51,795 nt of DNA, taken from positions 1-51,795 of the forward strand of contig CAYITO010000002.1 in assembly GCA_964366355.1 (NCBI GenBank), given 5' to 3'. Made by a program: the position numbers and the translations under genes. Position 1 is the stretch's first letter; each line of letters begins with the position of its first letter. The stretch is from an uncultured archaeon. GTDB taxonomy: Archaea; Aenigmatarchaeota; Aenigmatarchaeia; CG10238-14; SCSR01. The notes under the pieces were generated by a model. That model was not told where the DNA came from. It made no database searches and saw only the letters and a list, made by a program, of their open reading frames with translations. This document shows positions 8,490-19,090 of this stretch, piece after piece.

Positions 8490-10859
8490 TTAACTTAAAG
8501 TTTTCTTCCAAGAATTTCTTAAAGAATTTGCATCTGTGGCAATTATTTTATTGCCATTTAATCCATATACCTCGAAATTATTATTTTCAAGTACTTTTCC
8601 AATTTTTGCATGTGATATCTCTTTTGTCAAATCTTCAAACCTTTCTCTATCAAATTCGTTTACCTCAACTAAAAACCTGCTATTGGATTCTGAAAATAAT
8701 ACAAAATCATCCCTACCAATATTTTCAATTGGAACTTTACTCAAATCCACCTCTACACCATACCTACTGCTAAAAGCCATTTCAGCCAATGCTGCAGCCA
8801 ACCCTCCTTCAGACATATCATGACAAGCTTTCACATAACCAGCATCTATCGCAGCGGTAACTGCATCAAATGTTTTCTTCGCTTCCTCAGCGTTAACTTT
8901 CGGAACAGAATTTCCCAGATGCCCGTTTAACTTATAGTACTCACTACCGCCTAACTCAGGATAAGTCTTACCAACTATGTATAGCAAATTCCCAGGTTTC
9001 TTCAAATCTACTGATACAGCCTTTCTAACATCAGGAATTATGCCTAATGCTGTTATCAATAAAGATGGTGTGACAGCTCCTAAAGGCGATTCATTGTATA
9101 AACTGTCTTTACCAGAAATGAAAGGTGTTTGGCAGACTTTTGCTATGTCGTAACAAGCTTTAGCTGCTCTAACCAACCCACCTAACCTATCTGACTTCTC
9201 AGGATTACCCCAACAGAAATTATCCAATAATGCAATTCTCCTACCGCCTACAGCTACGTTATTTCTTATAGCTTCGTCTATAGCAGACGCTGCCATCCAG
9301 TAAGGATCGATCTTGCCGTAGTTAGGATTCATTCCAGATGATATGACTATTCCCTGCCAACTGTTAGCTAATGGTTTTAACACTGCGGCATCATTTGGGC
9401 CTGAAAATTCTCCATGCAATGGTTTCAATACAGTGTTGCCCTTTACTTCATGATCGTAAGTTCTTATAACAGATTCCTTGCTGGCGATGTTTGGTTGAGC
9501 CAATAGTTTCAAAACAATTTCTGTCAGGTCTTTTGGCATGTCAAATTTTGGTTCGGGATGTTCGGGCTTTTTCCATACAGCTTTTTTTGATGCAATAATT
9601 GGGTTGAAAAGAAATTCCAAATTCATCTCCCCGACCGAAGTTCCTTTGTAATGTATATTGGCCGTCTTGTCTTCAATGAATTTTCCAATCGGAGTCGCCT
9701 CGACATCCTCATCTGCGAATATGCCTAAAACTTTTTGCAAATTCTCATCAGGAACGACCAAAAGCATTCTTTCCTGCGATTCAGAGACAAAAATTTCCCA
9801 AGGATCCAACTTCTCCCTGAGCGGAACGGAATCCAGAAAAACACTCACTCCGACACCGGCTGAATAGGCCAATTCACAGGAACCGCATGATATGCCTCCC
9901 CCGCCAACATCGGTTATTGCCGACGCCAGTTTCCTGTCTCTGATCTCCAAAATTGCCCTTTTCAGTTTTTCCTGCTGTATAGGGTCTGCAATCTGGACTG
10001 CCGGCCTGAAAACTTCGGATTTCTTTGCCAGTTCAACAGACGCAAAAGTAACGCCGTGAATTCCGTCTCGTCCGGTTTTGTTTCCAGCAATCACCAGAAC
10101 ATCGCCAACTTTAATATCCTTTACAAACTTGTCTTTCGGGAGCAAGCCGACACATCCACAATAAACCAAAGGATTGCCCACGTATCCTTCGTCAAAATAA
10201 ATGGCGCCATTAACAGTCGGTATTCCCATTTTGTTTCCATAAGTGCCAACACCTGCGGTCACGCCATTGAAAATAAACTTCGGGTGCTTCATCTCTGCAG
10301 GCAGTTTTTTGTAATCATAATCCAGCGGACCGAAGCAAAGGACATCTGTATTAGCAATTGGCTCTGCCCAAACACCCAGTATATCCCTGATAACACCGCC
10401 GACGCCTGTGGCTGCCCCGCCGAATGGCTCGATTGCTGATGGATGGTTGTGCGTCTCGACTTTTATTGCTACAGCCTGCCCGTCGGCAAAATCAACTATG
10501 CCTGCATTGTCCTTGAATGTCAAGAACAACCACGGTGATTTCAATTCTTCGGTCACTTTGGCTATGTAAGTCTTGAATAGATTTTTTATTGTTCCATCCT
10601 CAGCAATGATTTCTCCTTTGAAGGTTTTGTGGGAGCAATGCTCGCTCCATGTCTGCGCTATGCATTCAATTTCAACATCGGTGGGGTTTCGATTTAGTTT
10701 TTTGTAGTGTTGCTGGATGAATTTCATTTCTTCAAGACTGAATGCTAGTTGATTTTCTTGGCTTAATTGAATTAACGCTTGATCGTCAGCATCCATAATG
10801 TTGATTTCGCATAGTAGAAATGGAAGTTGTTTTTTAATAAATAGTGCATTCATATCCAA
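8490..10859 (-). CDS. purL: Phosphoribosylformylglycinamidine synthase II (PurL)
   Basis: 789 aa with the PurL signature TWSEHCSHKTF and duplicated AIRS/AIRS-C domains. The start may be the internal Met at about 10796. Confidence 0.9.
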   Translation of the reverse strand: MDMNALFIKKQLPFLLCEINIMDADDQALIQLSQENQLAFSLEEMKFIQQHYKKLNRNPTDVEIECIAQTWSEHCSHKTFKGEIIAEDGTIKNLFKTYIAKVTEELKSPWLFLTFKDNAGIVDFADGQAVAIKVETHNHPSAIEPFGGAATGVGGVIRDILGVWAEPIANTDVLCFGPLDYDYKKLPAEMKHPKFIFNGVTAGVGTYGNKMGIPTVNGAIYFDEGYVGNPLVYCGCVGLLPKDKFVKDIKVGDVLVIAGNKTGRDGIHGVTFASVELAKKSEVFRPAVQIADPIQQEKLKRAILEIRDRKLASAITDVGGGGISCGSCELAYSAGVGVSVFLDSVPLREKLDPWEIFVSESQERMLLVVPDENLQKVLGIFADEDVEATPIGKFIEDKTANIHYKGTSVGEMNLEFLFNPIIASKKAVWKKPEHPEPKFDMPKDLTEIVLKLLAQPNIASKESVIRTYDHEVKGNTVLKPLHGEFSGPNDAAVLKPLANSWQGIVISSGMNPNYGKIDPYWMAASAIDEAIRNNVAVGGRRIALLDNFCWGNPEKSDRLGGLVRAAKACYDIAKVCQTPFISGKDSLYNESPLGAVTPSLLITALGIIPDVRKAVSVDLKKPGNLLYIVGKTYPELGGSEYYKLNGHLGNSVPKVNAEEAKKTFDAVTAAIDAGYVKACHDMSEGGLAAALAEMAFSSRYGVEVDLSKVPIENIGRDDFVLFSESNSRFLVEVNEFDRERFEDLTKEISHAKIGKVLENNNFEVYGLNGNKIIATDANSLRNSWKKTLS

Positions 10860-10963
10860 ACAATGTTTTTAGAAATTTATATAATTGAAAATTTTGTAAT
10901 AACACGAAATATTGACTTAAATTAATGAAAGATTTAAATAGTATCAAATGGTAATATGTACAT

Positions 10964-11245
10964 ATGTCACTAAGAGTAGACCTAGACAGAGAATTGGAAA
11001 GAAAATTTAGAGAATTAGCCATGCGCAGATACGGTTTTTCCAAAGGGGCTATTAAGAAGGCTGCTGAAACAGCCATTAAAAAATGGACTTACGAAGAAAA
11101 AATAACTGAGACGATGAAGAAAAAAGGTAAAAGTGGAGTTAATTTGATAGTTGGTGGTCTAGCTCATTTAAGAGGTAAAAAAACGTCTGTTGAGTTGCAA
11201 CACGAGGCAAAAAAATTATGGACAAAAATTGCTGAGGACAAATGA
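10964..11245 (+). CDS. vapB: Ribbon-helix-helix (CopG-like) antitoxin, VapB-type
   Basis: N-terminal strand-helix-helix LRVDLDRELERKFRELAMRRYGFSKGAIKKAAETAIKKW. It overlaps the downstream PIN gene by 4 bp (ATGA). Confidence 0.7.
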   Translation: MSLRVDLDRELERKFRELAMRRYGFSKGAIKKAAETAIKKWTYEEKITETMKKKGKSGVNLIVGGLAHLRGKKTSVELQHEAKKLWTKIAEDK

Positions 11246-11649
11246 CATATTTCATAGATTCTAACATTTTTCTAGAACTTGAACTTGAAGATGAACGAAA
11301 AGACGAATGTGAGCAATTTCTAACAAAAATAGTCGAAGGGACAGAAGGCGGTATAATTTCTGACTTTATAGTATATTCGATACTTATAGAACTTACACAA
11401 AAATCTACACTTACTGTAGCTAAAAATTTTCTAAATTTTCTCGAGCAAACAACAAATATTACGATATTTGTTCCAAATACACAAATTTTATCAAATACAT
11501 TTAACTTCATTAAAAAATATAAATTAGATTTTGATGACGCATTGGTTGTATCTTGCATGATGGCCAATAAAATTAAGAGGTTAGTTTCTTTTGACAAAGA
11601 TTTTGATAAGGTAAATGAAATAAAAAGAATAGAACCAAATCAAATTTAA
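11242..11649 (+). CDS. vapC: PIN-domain toxin VapC
   Basis: FIDSNIF near the N-terminus and DFDDALVVSCMMANKIKRLVSFDKDF at the C-terminus, giving the PIN acidic residues. Confidence 0.8.
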   Translation: MTYFIDSNIFLELELEDERKDECEQFLTKIVEGTEGGIISDFIVYSILIELTQKSTLTVAKNFLNFLEQTTNITIFVPNTQILSNTFNFIKKYKLDFDDALVVSCMMANKIKRLVSFDKDFDKVNEIKRIEPNQI

Positions 11650-11665
11650 CTGCAATTTATCAGAG

Positions 11666-11706
11666 CCAAAGGATGCATTTGGAAATTTAAATAACTTTAA
11701 TCTATT
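11666..11706. repeat. About 41-bp motif downstream of VapC-1 (ccaaaggatgcatttggaaatttaaataactttaatctatt), copy 1
   Basis: About 90% identical to 12455..12496. It contains the short inverted repeat ccaaa / tttgg. Confidence 0.8.
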
Positions 11707-11774
11707 TTGGTGGTCGCTATGCAATTGACTAGTTTAAAGTAAGACTTAAATATAAGTACTACGTACTACTATTC

Positions 11775-12011
11775 ATGAGAGAGGTAAAGGTAACTAGAAA
11801 ATACCAGATTACAATACCCGAGGATATACGTAAGGTACTTCAAATAACTATAGGTGAAAAGCTTCCTGTGGAGAGGAAAGGTAGGAACATAGTCATCGAA
11901 GCCAAAAAATCTATTGAAAAACCTTCCGACTATCTTTGGGGGATTTCCAAGAGGTCTACGAAAGTTGATGTTGTCGGACTGGTCAAGGGCTCTAGAAGAA
12001 AGATGAGATGA
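11775..12011 (+). CDS. vapB: AbrB/MazE/SpoVT-fold antitoxin, VapB-type
   Basis: KVTRKYQITIPEDIRKVLQITIGEKL is a swapped-hairpin motif. It overlaps the downstream PIN gene by 4 bp. Confidence 0.7.
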   Translation: MREVKVTRKYQITIPEDIRKVLQITIGEKLPVERKGRNIVIEAKKSIEKPSDYLWGISKRSTKVDVVGLVKGSRRKMR

Positions 12012-12442
12012 TGCAAAAGGCTTACATCGACACGAATATTTTTGATTATGTTGTATTAAGACATGAAATTTATGGCAAAGCTTGTAAAGAAATTTTGGAT
12101 GACATTGGAAGTGAATTGAATGCGTATTGCTCGTTTCTTGTACCTATAGAGATACTAGGCTCTCTGTCGGAAATTGAGATTGATATGGCATTTAAAGCAC
12201 TATCAACGTTTTTTGCATTTAAATTAACTCTTATAGAAATAGGTTCGAATCTTCTTTTAGAATCTAGTAAAATTATGAAAAGTACAAAGATAAATGGATA
12301 TGATGCTGTACATGTCGCAGCTATGAAAAGAGAAAATATCCATACTATAATCACTGAAAATTATAAAGATTTCAAAAAAATTCCTAGAATAAATATTGTT
12401 AGGCCTTTAAACTATAAAAAATGGAAAGAAAATTTAAAATAG
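12008..12442 (+). CDS. vapC: PIN-domain toxin VapC (second copy)
   Basis: YIDTNIF ... GYDAVHVAAMKRENIHTIITENYKDF. Confidence 0.8.
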   Translation: MMQKAYIDTNIFDYVVLRHEIYGKACKEILDDIGSELNAYCSFLVPIEILGSLSEIEIDMAFKALSTFFAFKLTLIEIGSNLLLESSKIMKSTKINGYDAVHVAAMKRENIHTIITENYKDFKKIPRINIVRPLNYKKWKENLK

Positions 12443-12454
12443 AGTATTCATATC

Positions 12455-12496
12455 CAAAAGGATGCGTTTGGAAATTTAAATACGTTTAATTTATTC
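12455..12496. repeat. About 41-bp motif downstream of VapC-2, copy 2
   Basis: ccaaaaggatgcgtttggaaatttaaatacgtttaatttatt, with 1 indel and 4 substitutions relative to copy 1. Confidence 0.8.
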
Positions 12497-13123
12497 ATAC
12501 TGCGATTTAGTTCTACGTAATTGCTGGCTTACAGTTCCTGGGTTTCTTACAGTTCTTCCTTCATGGAAAATCCTGTTCAACACAGTGGCAATTTCTGTAA
12601 CTTTCACCCCTCTACCTCTTCGTGCTTTATATGCTGGCAATCTAGCTAGGTCATGTGCTACCGTAGTTTCGTCTTCAGTCCAAAGTTTATAGCCTAATTT
12701 TTCTATTAGCGATATAGCGCTGCTTTTTCCTACAACTCTTTTTTGTTCTTCTGTCATCCCAAAAATACCCGATTTCCTCTGTTTTGTAAGTGTTCCTATT
12801 CTGCTACCGTGTTCAGAACGACGCTTTGCATACAACTCCTGTAATTCTTCTTTCCCAATCAGACCTGCATATGCACCCACTCTAAACCTACCATCATGTC
12901 CCGCAATAGCTGCATGTACTGCTAGCTTTGCAACACTTTCGCTAACGTCATATAATTCTCCAATATTGTAACCTTCAGATATTTCGGCTTGAGTTTGACC
13001 GTCTCTATAAGCGTCAGCTATTTGAGGCATATCATATTGAAGTCGCCTACCCAAATTTGTAGATTGCACTATTCCGCCAATCATCTTAGGTGTATAAATT
13101 CTGTTTGGTCCTACATTGCTCAT
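12491..13123 (-). CDS. Hypothetical protein with a possible HTH (TQAEISEGYNIGELYDVSESV). Its GC content looks somewhat higher than its neighbours
   Basis: 210 aa ORF with no recognisable catalytic motifs. Composition in sampled stretches is about 40-45% GC, against a visibly more AT-rich surround. Confidence 0.4.
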   Translation of the reverse strand: MSNVGPNRIYTPKMIGGIVQSTNLGRRLQYDMPQIADAYRDGQTQAEISEGYNIGELYDVSESVAKLAVHAAIAGHDGRFRVGAYAGLIGKEELQELYAKRRSEHGSRIGTLTKQRKSGIFGMTEEQKRVVGKSSAISLIEKLGYKLWTEDETTVAHDLARLPAYKARRGRGVKVTEIATVLNRIFHEGRTVRNPGTVSQQLRRTKSQYE

Positions 13124-13170
13124 GAATACTCACATTGTGTAGAGTACTTGAAATTATTTAAAGGAACTTC

Positions 13171-13806
13171 TCATTTAATTTTTAAAATCTTAGTAATACC
13201 ATAACCAAAAACAAATCCGCCAACATGCGCCCAAAATGCTATTCCACTTCCCACGCCACCGAGCAAACTGGCAGCACCGAAAAATATTTGCAACAAGAAC
13301 CAGCCGCCAATTACAACGAATGCAGGCATTTGGGTTAACATATACCCGAAACTTACAGTAACCCCGCCTTTTGGAAACAAAGCCAAATAAGCGCCGAGTA
13401 TTCCTGATATAGCACCTGATGCGCCTATCGCAGGTATACTAGAACCTATATTGGTTATGAAGTGTGTGAAAGTTGCGGCGATTCCTGAAAGAAAATATAA
13501 GACAATGAATCCGAATTTTCCATACTTGTCCTCCACATTATCCCCGAATATCCAAAGGTACCACATATTGCCGAATATGTGATCAAATCCTCCGTGCAGG
13601 AACATTGAAGTGAAAATTGTTACTAAAGAAAGTTGAGCTGGAATAAAACCATAATTGAAAACAACGTCATCTCTAGGTCCTAAAGTTGCAAAATCCAGAC
13701 TCCATAAGAATATAATCACATTTACTGCTATTAGAGAAATTGTAAGTATAGGAAATTTTTTGGTTCTAATTACATCGCCCACAGGAAAGAAAAATCCTTT
13801 ACTCAT
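13171..13806 (-). CDS. Rhomboid-family intramembrane serine protease
   Basis: Multi-TM protein with GASGAISGILGAY (GxSG) and a later His in a TM helix (HVGGFVFG). Confidence 0.8.
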   Translation of the reverse strand: MSKGFFFPVGDVIRTKKFPILTISLIAVNVIIFLWSLDFATLGPRDDVVFNYGFIPAQLSLVTIFTSMFLHGGFDHIFGNMWYLWIFGDNVEDKYGKFGFIVLYFLSGIAATFTHFITNIGSSIPAIGASGAISGILGAYLALFPKGGVTVSFGYMLTQMPAFVVIGGWFLLQIFFGAASLLGGVGSGIAFWAHVGGFVFGYGITKILKIK

Positions 13807-14054
13807 TTTATTTCCTCTATAGTTATCGCGTAATCATCTTTGTTTGGATTTGCCAAAAGTTTTTTGCACATCTCTTCAGCCTTTGCATGCGCATCATCTT
13901 TTGAATTGGCATCGAAAATCAAATTGTAGACTTTGCTTAACTTCACGCCCTCTACAGGAAATCTCAAACTTTGCAAGGATTTTTTAGTAGCCTCCCCCTC
14001 AGGATCAAACAAACCTTTCCTGAACCTTACTTCTATCTTCGCCGAATATTTCAT
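13803..14054 (-). CDS. purS: Phosphoribosylformylglycinamidine synthase subunit PurS
   Basis: 83 aa: KIEVRFRKGLFDPEGEATKKSLQSLRFP ... EEMCKKLLANPNKDDYAITIEE. It overlaps the rhomboid start by 4 bp. Confidence 0.8.
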   Translation of the reverse strand: MKYSAKIEVRFRKGLFDPEGEATKKSLQSLRFPVEGVKLSKVYNLIFDANSKDDAHAKAEEMCKKLLANPNKDDYAITIEEIK

Positions 14055-14211
14055 AATCTAATTGATTGCATTGATAAGGATAAAAATATACATTAACTAA
14101 ATAACTTGTTTAATTCTGGACTTTCAGTCATTAATTAATCACGAAGTATTACAGCTATCAGCTTCAAAATCAGATATAATCTTTATAAATGCATGGTGAC
14201 AATAACCAAAT

Positions 14212-14397
14212 ATGGTAAAGCTTGAAACATTGCATGCAGAACTAGATGAAATAAAAGGCAATGTGCAGAAGATACTCTTTATTCTAGAGAATGAAGGTGA
14301 AGTTAGAGAAGAAGTGTTGAAAGAATTGGAAGAAGCCAGAAATGCACCTAAAGAAAAATACATTTCTCATGAAAAGGTAAAGAAACTGATGAAATGA
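14212..14397 (+). CDS. Small antitoxin partner of the frameshifted RelE
   Basis: 61 aa acidic coiled protein ending ...YISHEKVKKLMK. Its stop overlaps the start of the RelE-like ORF (ATGA). Confidence 0.5.
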   Translation: MVKLETLHAELDEIKGNVQKILFILENEGEVREEVLKELEEARNAPKEKYISHEKVKKLMK

Positions 14398-14640
14398 ACT
14401 GGCAAGTAGAATGGTATGACAAAGCTCTTAAGAATCTTAATGCTCTTCATGTAGGAATTCGCGAAAGAGTCATAAAGCGTATTGACAAAGTTAAAGAGAA
14501 TCCCTTCCATTTTCTCGAGCATTTTGAGAGAAAAGGCTTTTACAAGCTGAGAATGGGCGATTGTATCTATTGATTTCCAAAATAAAATCATAAAGATTCA
14601 GGTCTTTGATCATAGAAGCAGAATATATGAAAGACTTTAA
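14394..14640 (+). pseudogene. RelE/ParE-family toxin gene disrupted by a frameshift
   Basis: Frame 1 gives MNWQVEWYDKALKNLNALHVGIRERVIKRIDKVKENPFHFLEHFERKGFYKLRMGDCIY* (stop at 14571-14573). The -1 frame from 14569 continues IDFQNKIIKIQVFDHRSRIYERL*, which is the canonical RelE C-terminal strand. The lesion lies within gattgtatctattgatt. Confidence 0.7.
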
Positions 14641-14819
14641 TAAAAATATTTTCTATCGTTACACTTCAATTTTGCCCACTCGGATATATAAATTCCCATT
14701 TTGAAATCTAGTTTTATAATTTTCAATGATGGCAACTCATATTTTTATTTCCAGCCATAGGCAATATTTCATAATCTTATATGAAATGCAATTTTTATTA
14801 ATTTATATTAAAACAGCAA

Positions 14820-15752
14820 CTATTGTTTCTTTTTATCATTGTTCACAGATCTAGACAAGGCCGTTCCGCTAACTACTGTATCTAAACCTAAATTTGTCGG
14901 GTAGAAAACTATTGTATTGCTTTGATCTTGGCTCACATCTGAAATTGTGGCAAGCTCTCTCAGCCTAACGGCAACCTGCCCTTTGCTTTTCATGAGAGTA
15001 TCAGCGGCTATTAATAAATTTTTCGAGGCCTCAACTTCACCTTCTGATGCAATTATAACTCCTCTTTTCTCTCTTTCAGCTTCGGCCTGTCTTGCCATTA
15101 TCCTTTTCATGTCCTCAGGCAACTCTATATTCTGCAACTCTATTCTTAGAATATCCACACCCCATTTGTCTGCCTCCTCATCAACTATTTTCTTGATTGA
15201 TTTAGCTATGTCTTCTCTCTTCTCCAAAAGTTCGTCTAAATTCCTTTGCCCTATGACATTCCTCAATGTCGTTTGGGAATACTGCTTAACGGAAAATAAA
15301 AAGTCCTGTATGTTAACTATGCTCTTCTTCGCATCTACAACCTGCATGAAAACTACGGCATCCACATCAACAGAAATGTTATCTCTGGTTATGCACTCCT
15401 GCCTTGGTATATCTGTCGTCCTGATTCTAAGATCCCGTGATATCGCCTCCTCGATAAATGGTATGAGAAAGAATATTCCGGGACCAGTTGTTCTAGAATA
15501 TTTTCCTAATCTCAAGACAATTGATTGTTCCCACTGGTTGTTTATCCTGACTGCCGAGAACCCTGCGTATGCAAAGAAAAATGCTGGGGCAAACCACAAA
15601 TATTGGCCTGTAGTCAAGCCAAGATAGCCGAAAATTGTCAAAGGAATTAATGCAATAATTATGGAAATTGCCCCTCTGCCAGTACCGCCGACTTCTTCGC
15701 TCGTCATGGTGGGTTCTGGCTCCTGCTCATCCCCGATGTTTATATGCACCAT
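14820..15752 (-). CDS. SPFH/Band-7 (stomatin/prohibitin-like) membrane protein
   Basis: N-terminal TM followed by an SPFH domain (IVLRLGKYSRTTGPGIFFLIPFIE ... ITRDNISVDVDAVVFMQV ...) and a coiled-coil tail. Confidence 0.85.
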   Translation of the reverse strand: MVHINIGDEQEPEPTMTSEEVGGTGRGAISIIIALIPLTIFGYLGLTTGQYLWFAPAFFFAYAGFSAVRINNQWEQSIVLRLGKYSRTTGPGIFFLIPFIEEAISRDLRIRTTDIPRQECITRDNISVDVDAVVFMQVVDAKKSIVNIQDFLFSVKQYSQTTLRNVIGQRNLDELLEKREDIAKSIKKIVDEEADKWGVDILRIELQNIELPEDMKRIMARQAEAEREKRGVIIASEGEVEASKNLLIAADTLMKSKGQVAVRLRELATISDVSQDQSNTIVFYPTNLGLDTVVSGTALSRSVNNDKKKQ

Positions 15753-15806
15753 TTAATCTAAGATAAGGCACTGCAAGTTTTTAAACTTGTCTTTTATATT
15801 ATTTTT

Positions 15807-16205
15807 ATGAAAGTCTTAATTGTATGCGGCAGCAAATCTGATGAACATATAGCACAAAAGGCCATGGATGTGCTAAAAGAAAATAACATTCCACATGAAT
15901 TTCATGTATCATCCGCCCATCGGGAGCCTGAAAAGACAAGTGAATTGATAAAAAATTCTGATGCTGACGTGTTTATTGCTGTAGCTGGATTGTCTGCTGC
16001 GTTGCCGGGATTTGTCGCGTCTTTGACAGACAAGCCTGTAATTGGAGTTCCAGTCAATGTAAAATTGGATGGGTTGGATGCATTACTATCAACTATGCAG
16101 GTTCCTCCAGGTGTGCCTGTAGCAACAGTTGGCATAGATAACGGGAAGAATGCGGCTTTGCTTGCAATTAGAATTTTAAAACTAAAGTACCATGACTTAA
16201 AGTAA
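15807..16205 (+). CDS. purE: N5-carboxyaminoimidazole ribonucleotide mutase (PurE)
   Basis: 132 aa: [10 protein letters not shown] ... SAHREPEKT ... [10 protein letters not shown]. Confidence 0.85.
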   Translation: MKVLIVCGSKSDEHIAQKAMDVLKENNIPHEFHVSSAHREPEKTSELIKNSDADVFIAVAGLSAALPGFVASLTDKPVIGVPVNVKLDGLDALLSTMQVPPGVPVATVGIDNGKNAALLAIRILKLKYHDLK

Positions 16206-17321
16206 ATTTTCCATATTCTCATATTCCATTCCAAAAGCTTCAGCCACGCCTTTGTTGGTCAATTTCCCCTGGTAAGTATTCACGCCTTTCATCAATGCTT
16301 TATCGGACTTAACCGCTTTTTCAAATCCCATGTTGACAATCTTCAAGACGTATGGGAAAGTAGCGTTTGTTAATGCAAATGTTGAGGTGTTGGGAACTGC
16401 TCCAGGCATGTTTGGAACGCAATAATGAATCACACCTTCTTCGACGTATGTTGGATTTTGGTGAGACGTTGCCCGTGCAGTTTCTATACAACCCCCCTGA
16501 TCAATAGACACATCGATTACAACAGAACCTTTCTTCATTTTCATCACCATCTCGCGCGTAACCAATTTTGGCGCCTTATATCCTGTTATCGCAACTCCAC
16601 CTATCACCAAATCGGATTCTACAACAGATTTTTCTATGTTCGTTGGGTTTGACATGAGTGTTTTTATTCTACCTTGAGAAACATCGTCGATATACCTAAG
16701 CTGATTCAAGCTCCTGCCTATAATCGTGACGGCAGCACCCATCCCGCTCGCGACCTTTGCAGCACTCATGCCAACTACGCCGGTGCCTATCACAGTTATT
16801 TTTGCTGGTGCAACACCTGGCACACCGCCAAGCAATTTCCCAGAACCGCCATTTGTTTTTTCCAAATAATGCGCTCCGACTTGTACAGCCATCTTGCCAG
16901 CAACCTCGCTCATAGGTGTTAACAATGGCAAGAAATTGTCATCTAATTCAACAGTCTCGTAGGCTATGGAGGTAACTTTCCTATCCAACAATTCTTTGGT
17001 CAATCTCTCTTCTGCAGCCAAATGCAAATATGTGAAAAGTATCAACCCTTCACGTAAAAATGCAAATTCCGCTTCTAAAGGCTCTTTAACCTTAACGATC
17101 ATGTCGCACTTGTCCCAAATCTCTTTGGCCGAACTTACCATCGTTGCGCCTGATTTTTGGTATTCCTCATCCAAGAAATTGCTATTCACTCCAGCGCTTC
17201 TCTCAACCAAGACTTTATGTCCGTTAAGAACTAACTGATTAATTCCATGTGGAGTCAGTCCAACCCTGTTTTCCCCAGTTTTAATCTCTTTTGTGGTTCC
17301 AACTATCATCCGAATCTTCAT
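16197..17321 (-). CDS. ald: Alanine dehydrogenase
   Basis: 374 aa AlaDH/PNT family with an N-terminal substrate domain and a Rossmann GxGxxG ([12 protein letters not shown]). Confidence 0.8.
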   Translation of the reverse strand: MKIRMIVGTTKEIKTGENRVGLTPHGINQLVLNGHKVLVERSAGVNSNFLDEEYQKSGATMVSSAKEIWDKCDMIVKVKEPLEAEFAFLREGLILFTYLHLAAEERLTKELLDRKVTSIAYETVELDDNFLPLLTPMSEVAGKMAVQVGAHYLEKTNGGSGKLLGGVPGVAPAKITVIGTGVVGMSAAKVASGMGAAVTIIGRSLNQLRYIDDVSQGRIKTLMSNPTNIEKSVVESDLVIGGVAITGYKAPKLVTREMVMKMKKGSVVIDVSIDQGGCIETARATSHQNPTYVEEGVIHYCVPNMPGAVPNTSTFALTNATFPYVLKIVNMGFEKAVKSDKALMKGVNTYQGKLTNKGVAEAFGMEYENMENLL

Positions 17322-17372
17322 TTTATGTAGTAGATTAAAGGATAAATAAATTCTATATACATATTAAACTAA

Positions 17373-18512
<1,140 letters not shown>

Positions 18513-18518
18513 TAACAC

Positions 18519-18986
18519 TTATCTAAGGCTCATTTTATAATCTAGTACAGAATCATAATCGAAACTACCTTTTTGCAAATCAAGAACCAATTCACAGTTG
18601 TTATCATCAGGTGCCCGTCTGAATATTATCCGTCTCCTTTCGAAATAATTTAGCAATGTATTTTTTACGTAAATTCTATTACATTTCTGATATTCTCTCA
18701 AACTTCTATCAATAGTATCTGCGTTTGATAATGAATTTCCACCAACTCGAACTCTCAATCCATCCATACCACCGTAATCTGCTTCTATTGTTCTAAGAAA
18801 TTCCATAAGGTAATTGGTTGTTTGAGGATCAGCTTCGTGCAACATGTATCCACTTCTATCACTGGGGTTGTAAACTCCAATGGCTATACATGGACCTAAG
18901 CCACCTGACTTTAAAACATCAGGGCAGGTTGCCTTTCTAAACTCATCGATACCGACAACAATTTCTCTCTGTTCTACCTTTCTCAT
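18519..18986 (-). CDS. CheD-like (chemoreceptor glutamine deamidase fold) protein, stand-alone
   Basis: EIVVGIDEFRKATCPDVLKSGGLGPCIAIGVYNPSDRSGYMLH ... GGMDGLRVRVGGNS matches the CheD family pattern (conserved Cys, then later His/Gly-rich segments). No che genes are visible in the window. Confidence 0.5.
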   Translation of the reverse strand: MRKVEQREIVVGIDEFRKATCPDVLKSGGLGPCIAIGVYNPSDRSGYMLHEADPQTTNYLMEFLRTIEADYGGMDGLRVRVGGNSLSNADTIDRSLREYQKCNRIYVKNTLLNYFERRRIIFRRAPDDNNCELVLDLQKGSFDYDSVLDYKMSLR

Positions 18987-19050
18987 ACTTCATCTTCCGC
19001 ATTTTTTAATTACTTAATAGCTATAAATCTTTCTTATTTGTAAGATTATT

Positions 19051-19090
19051 ATGCAGCTGATAAGAAGGGGTAAAGTTAAAGACGTATATT
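19051..19090. repeat. Decayed duplicate of the purC 5' end (atgcagctgataagaaggggtaaagttaaagacgtatatt), encoding MQLIRRGKVKDVYSLVPS*
   Basis: 35/40 identical to 19456..19495, the true purC start, and in the same orientation. Confidence 0.8.
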
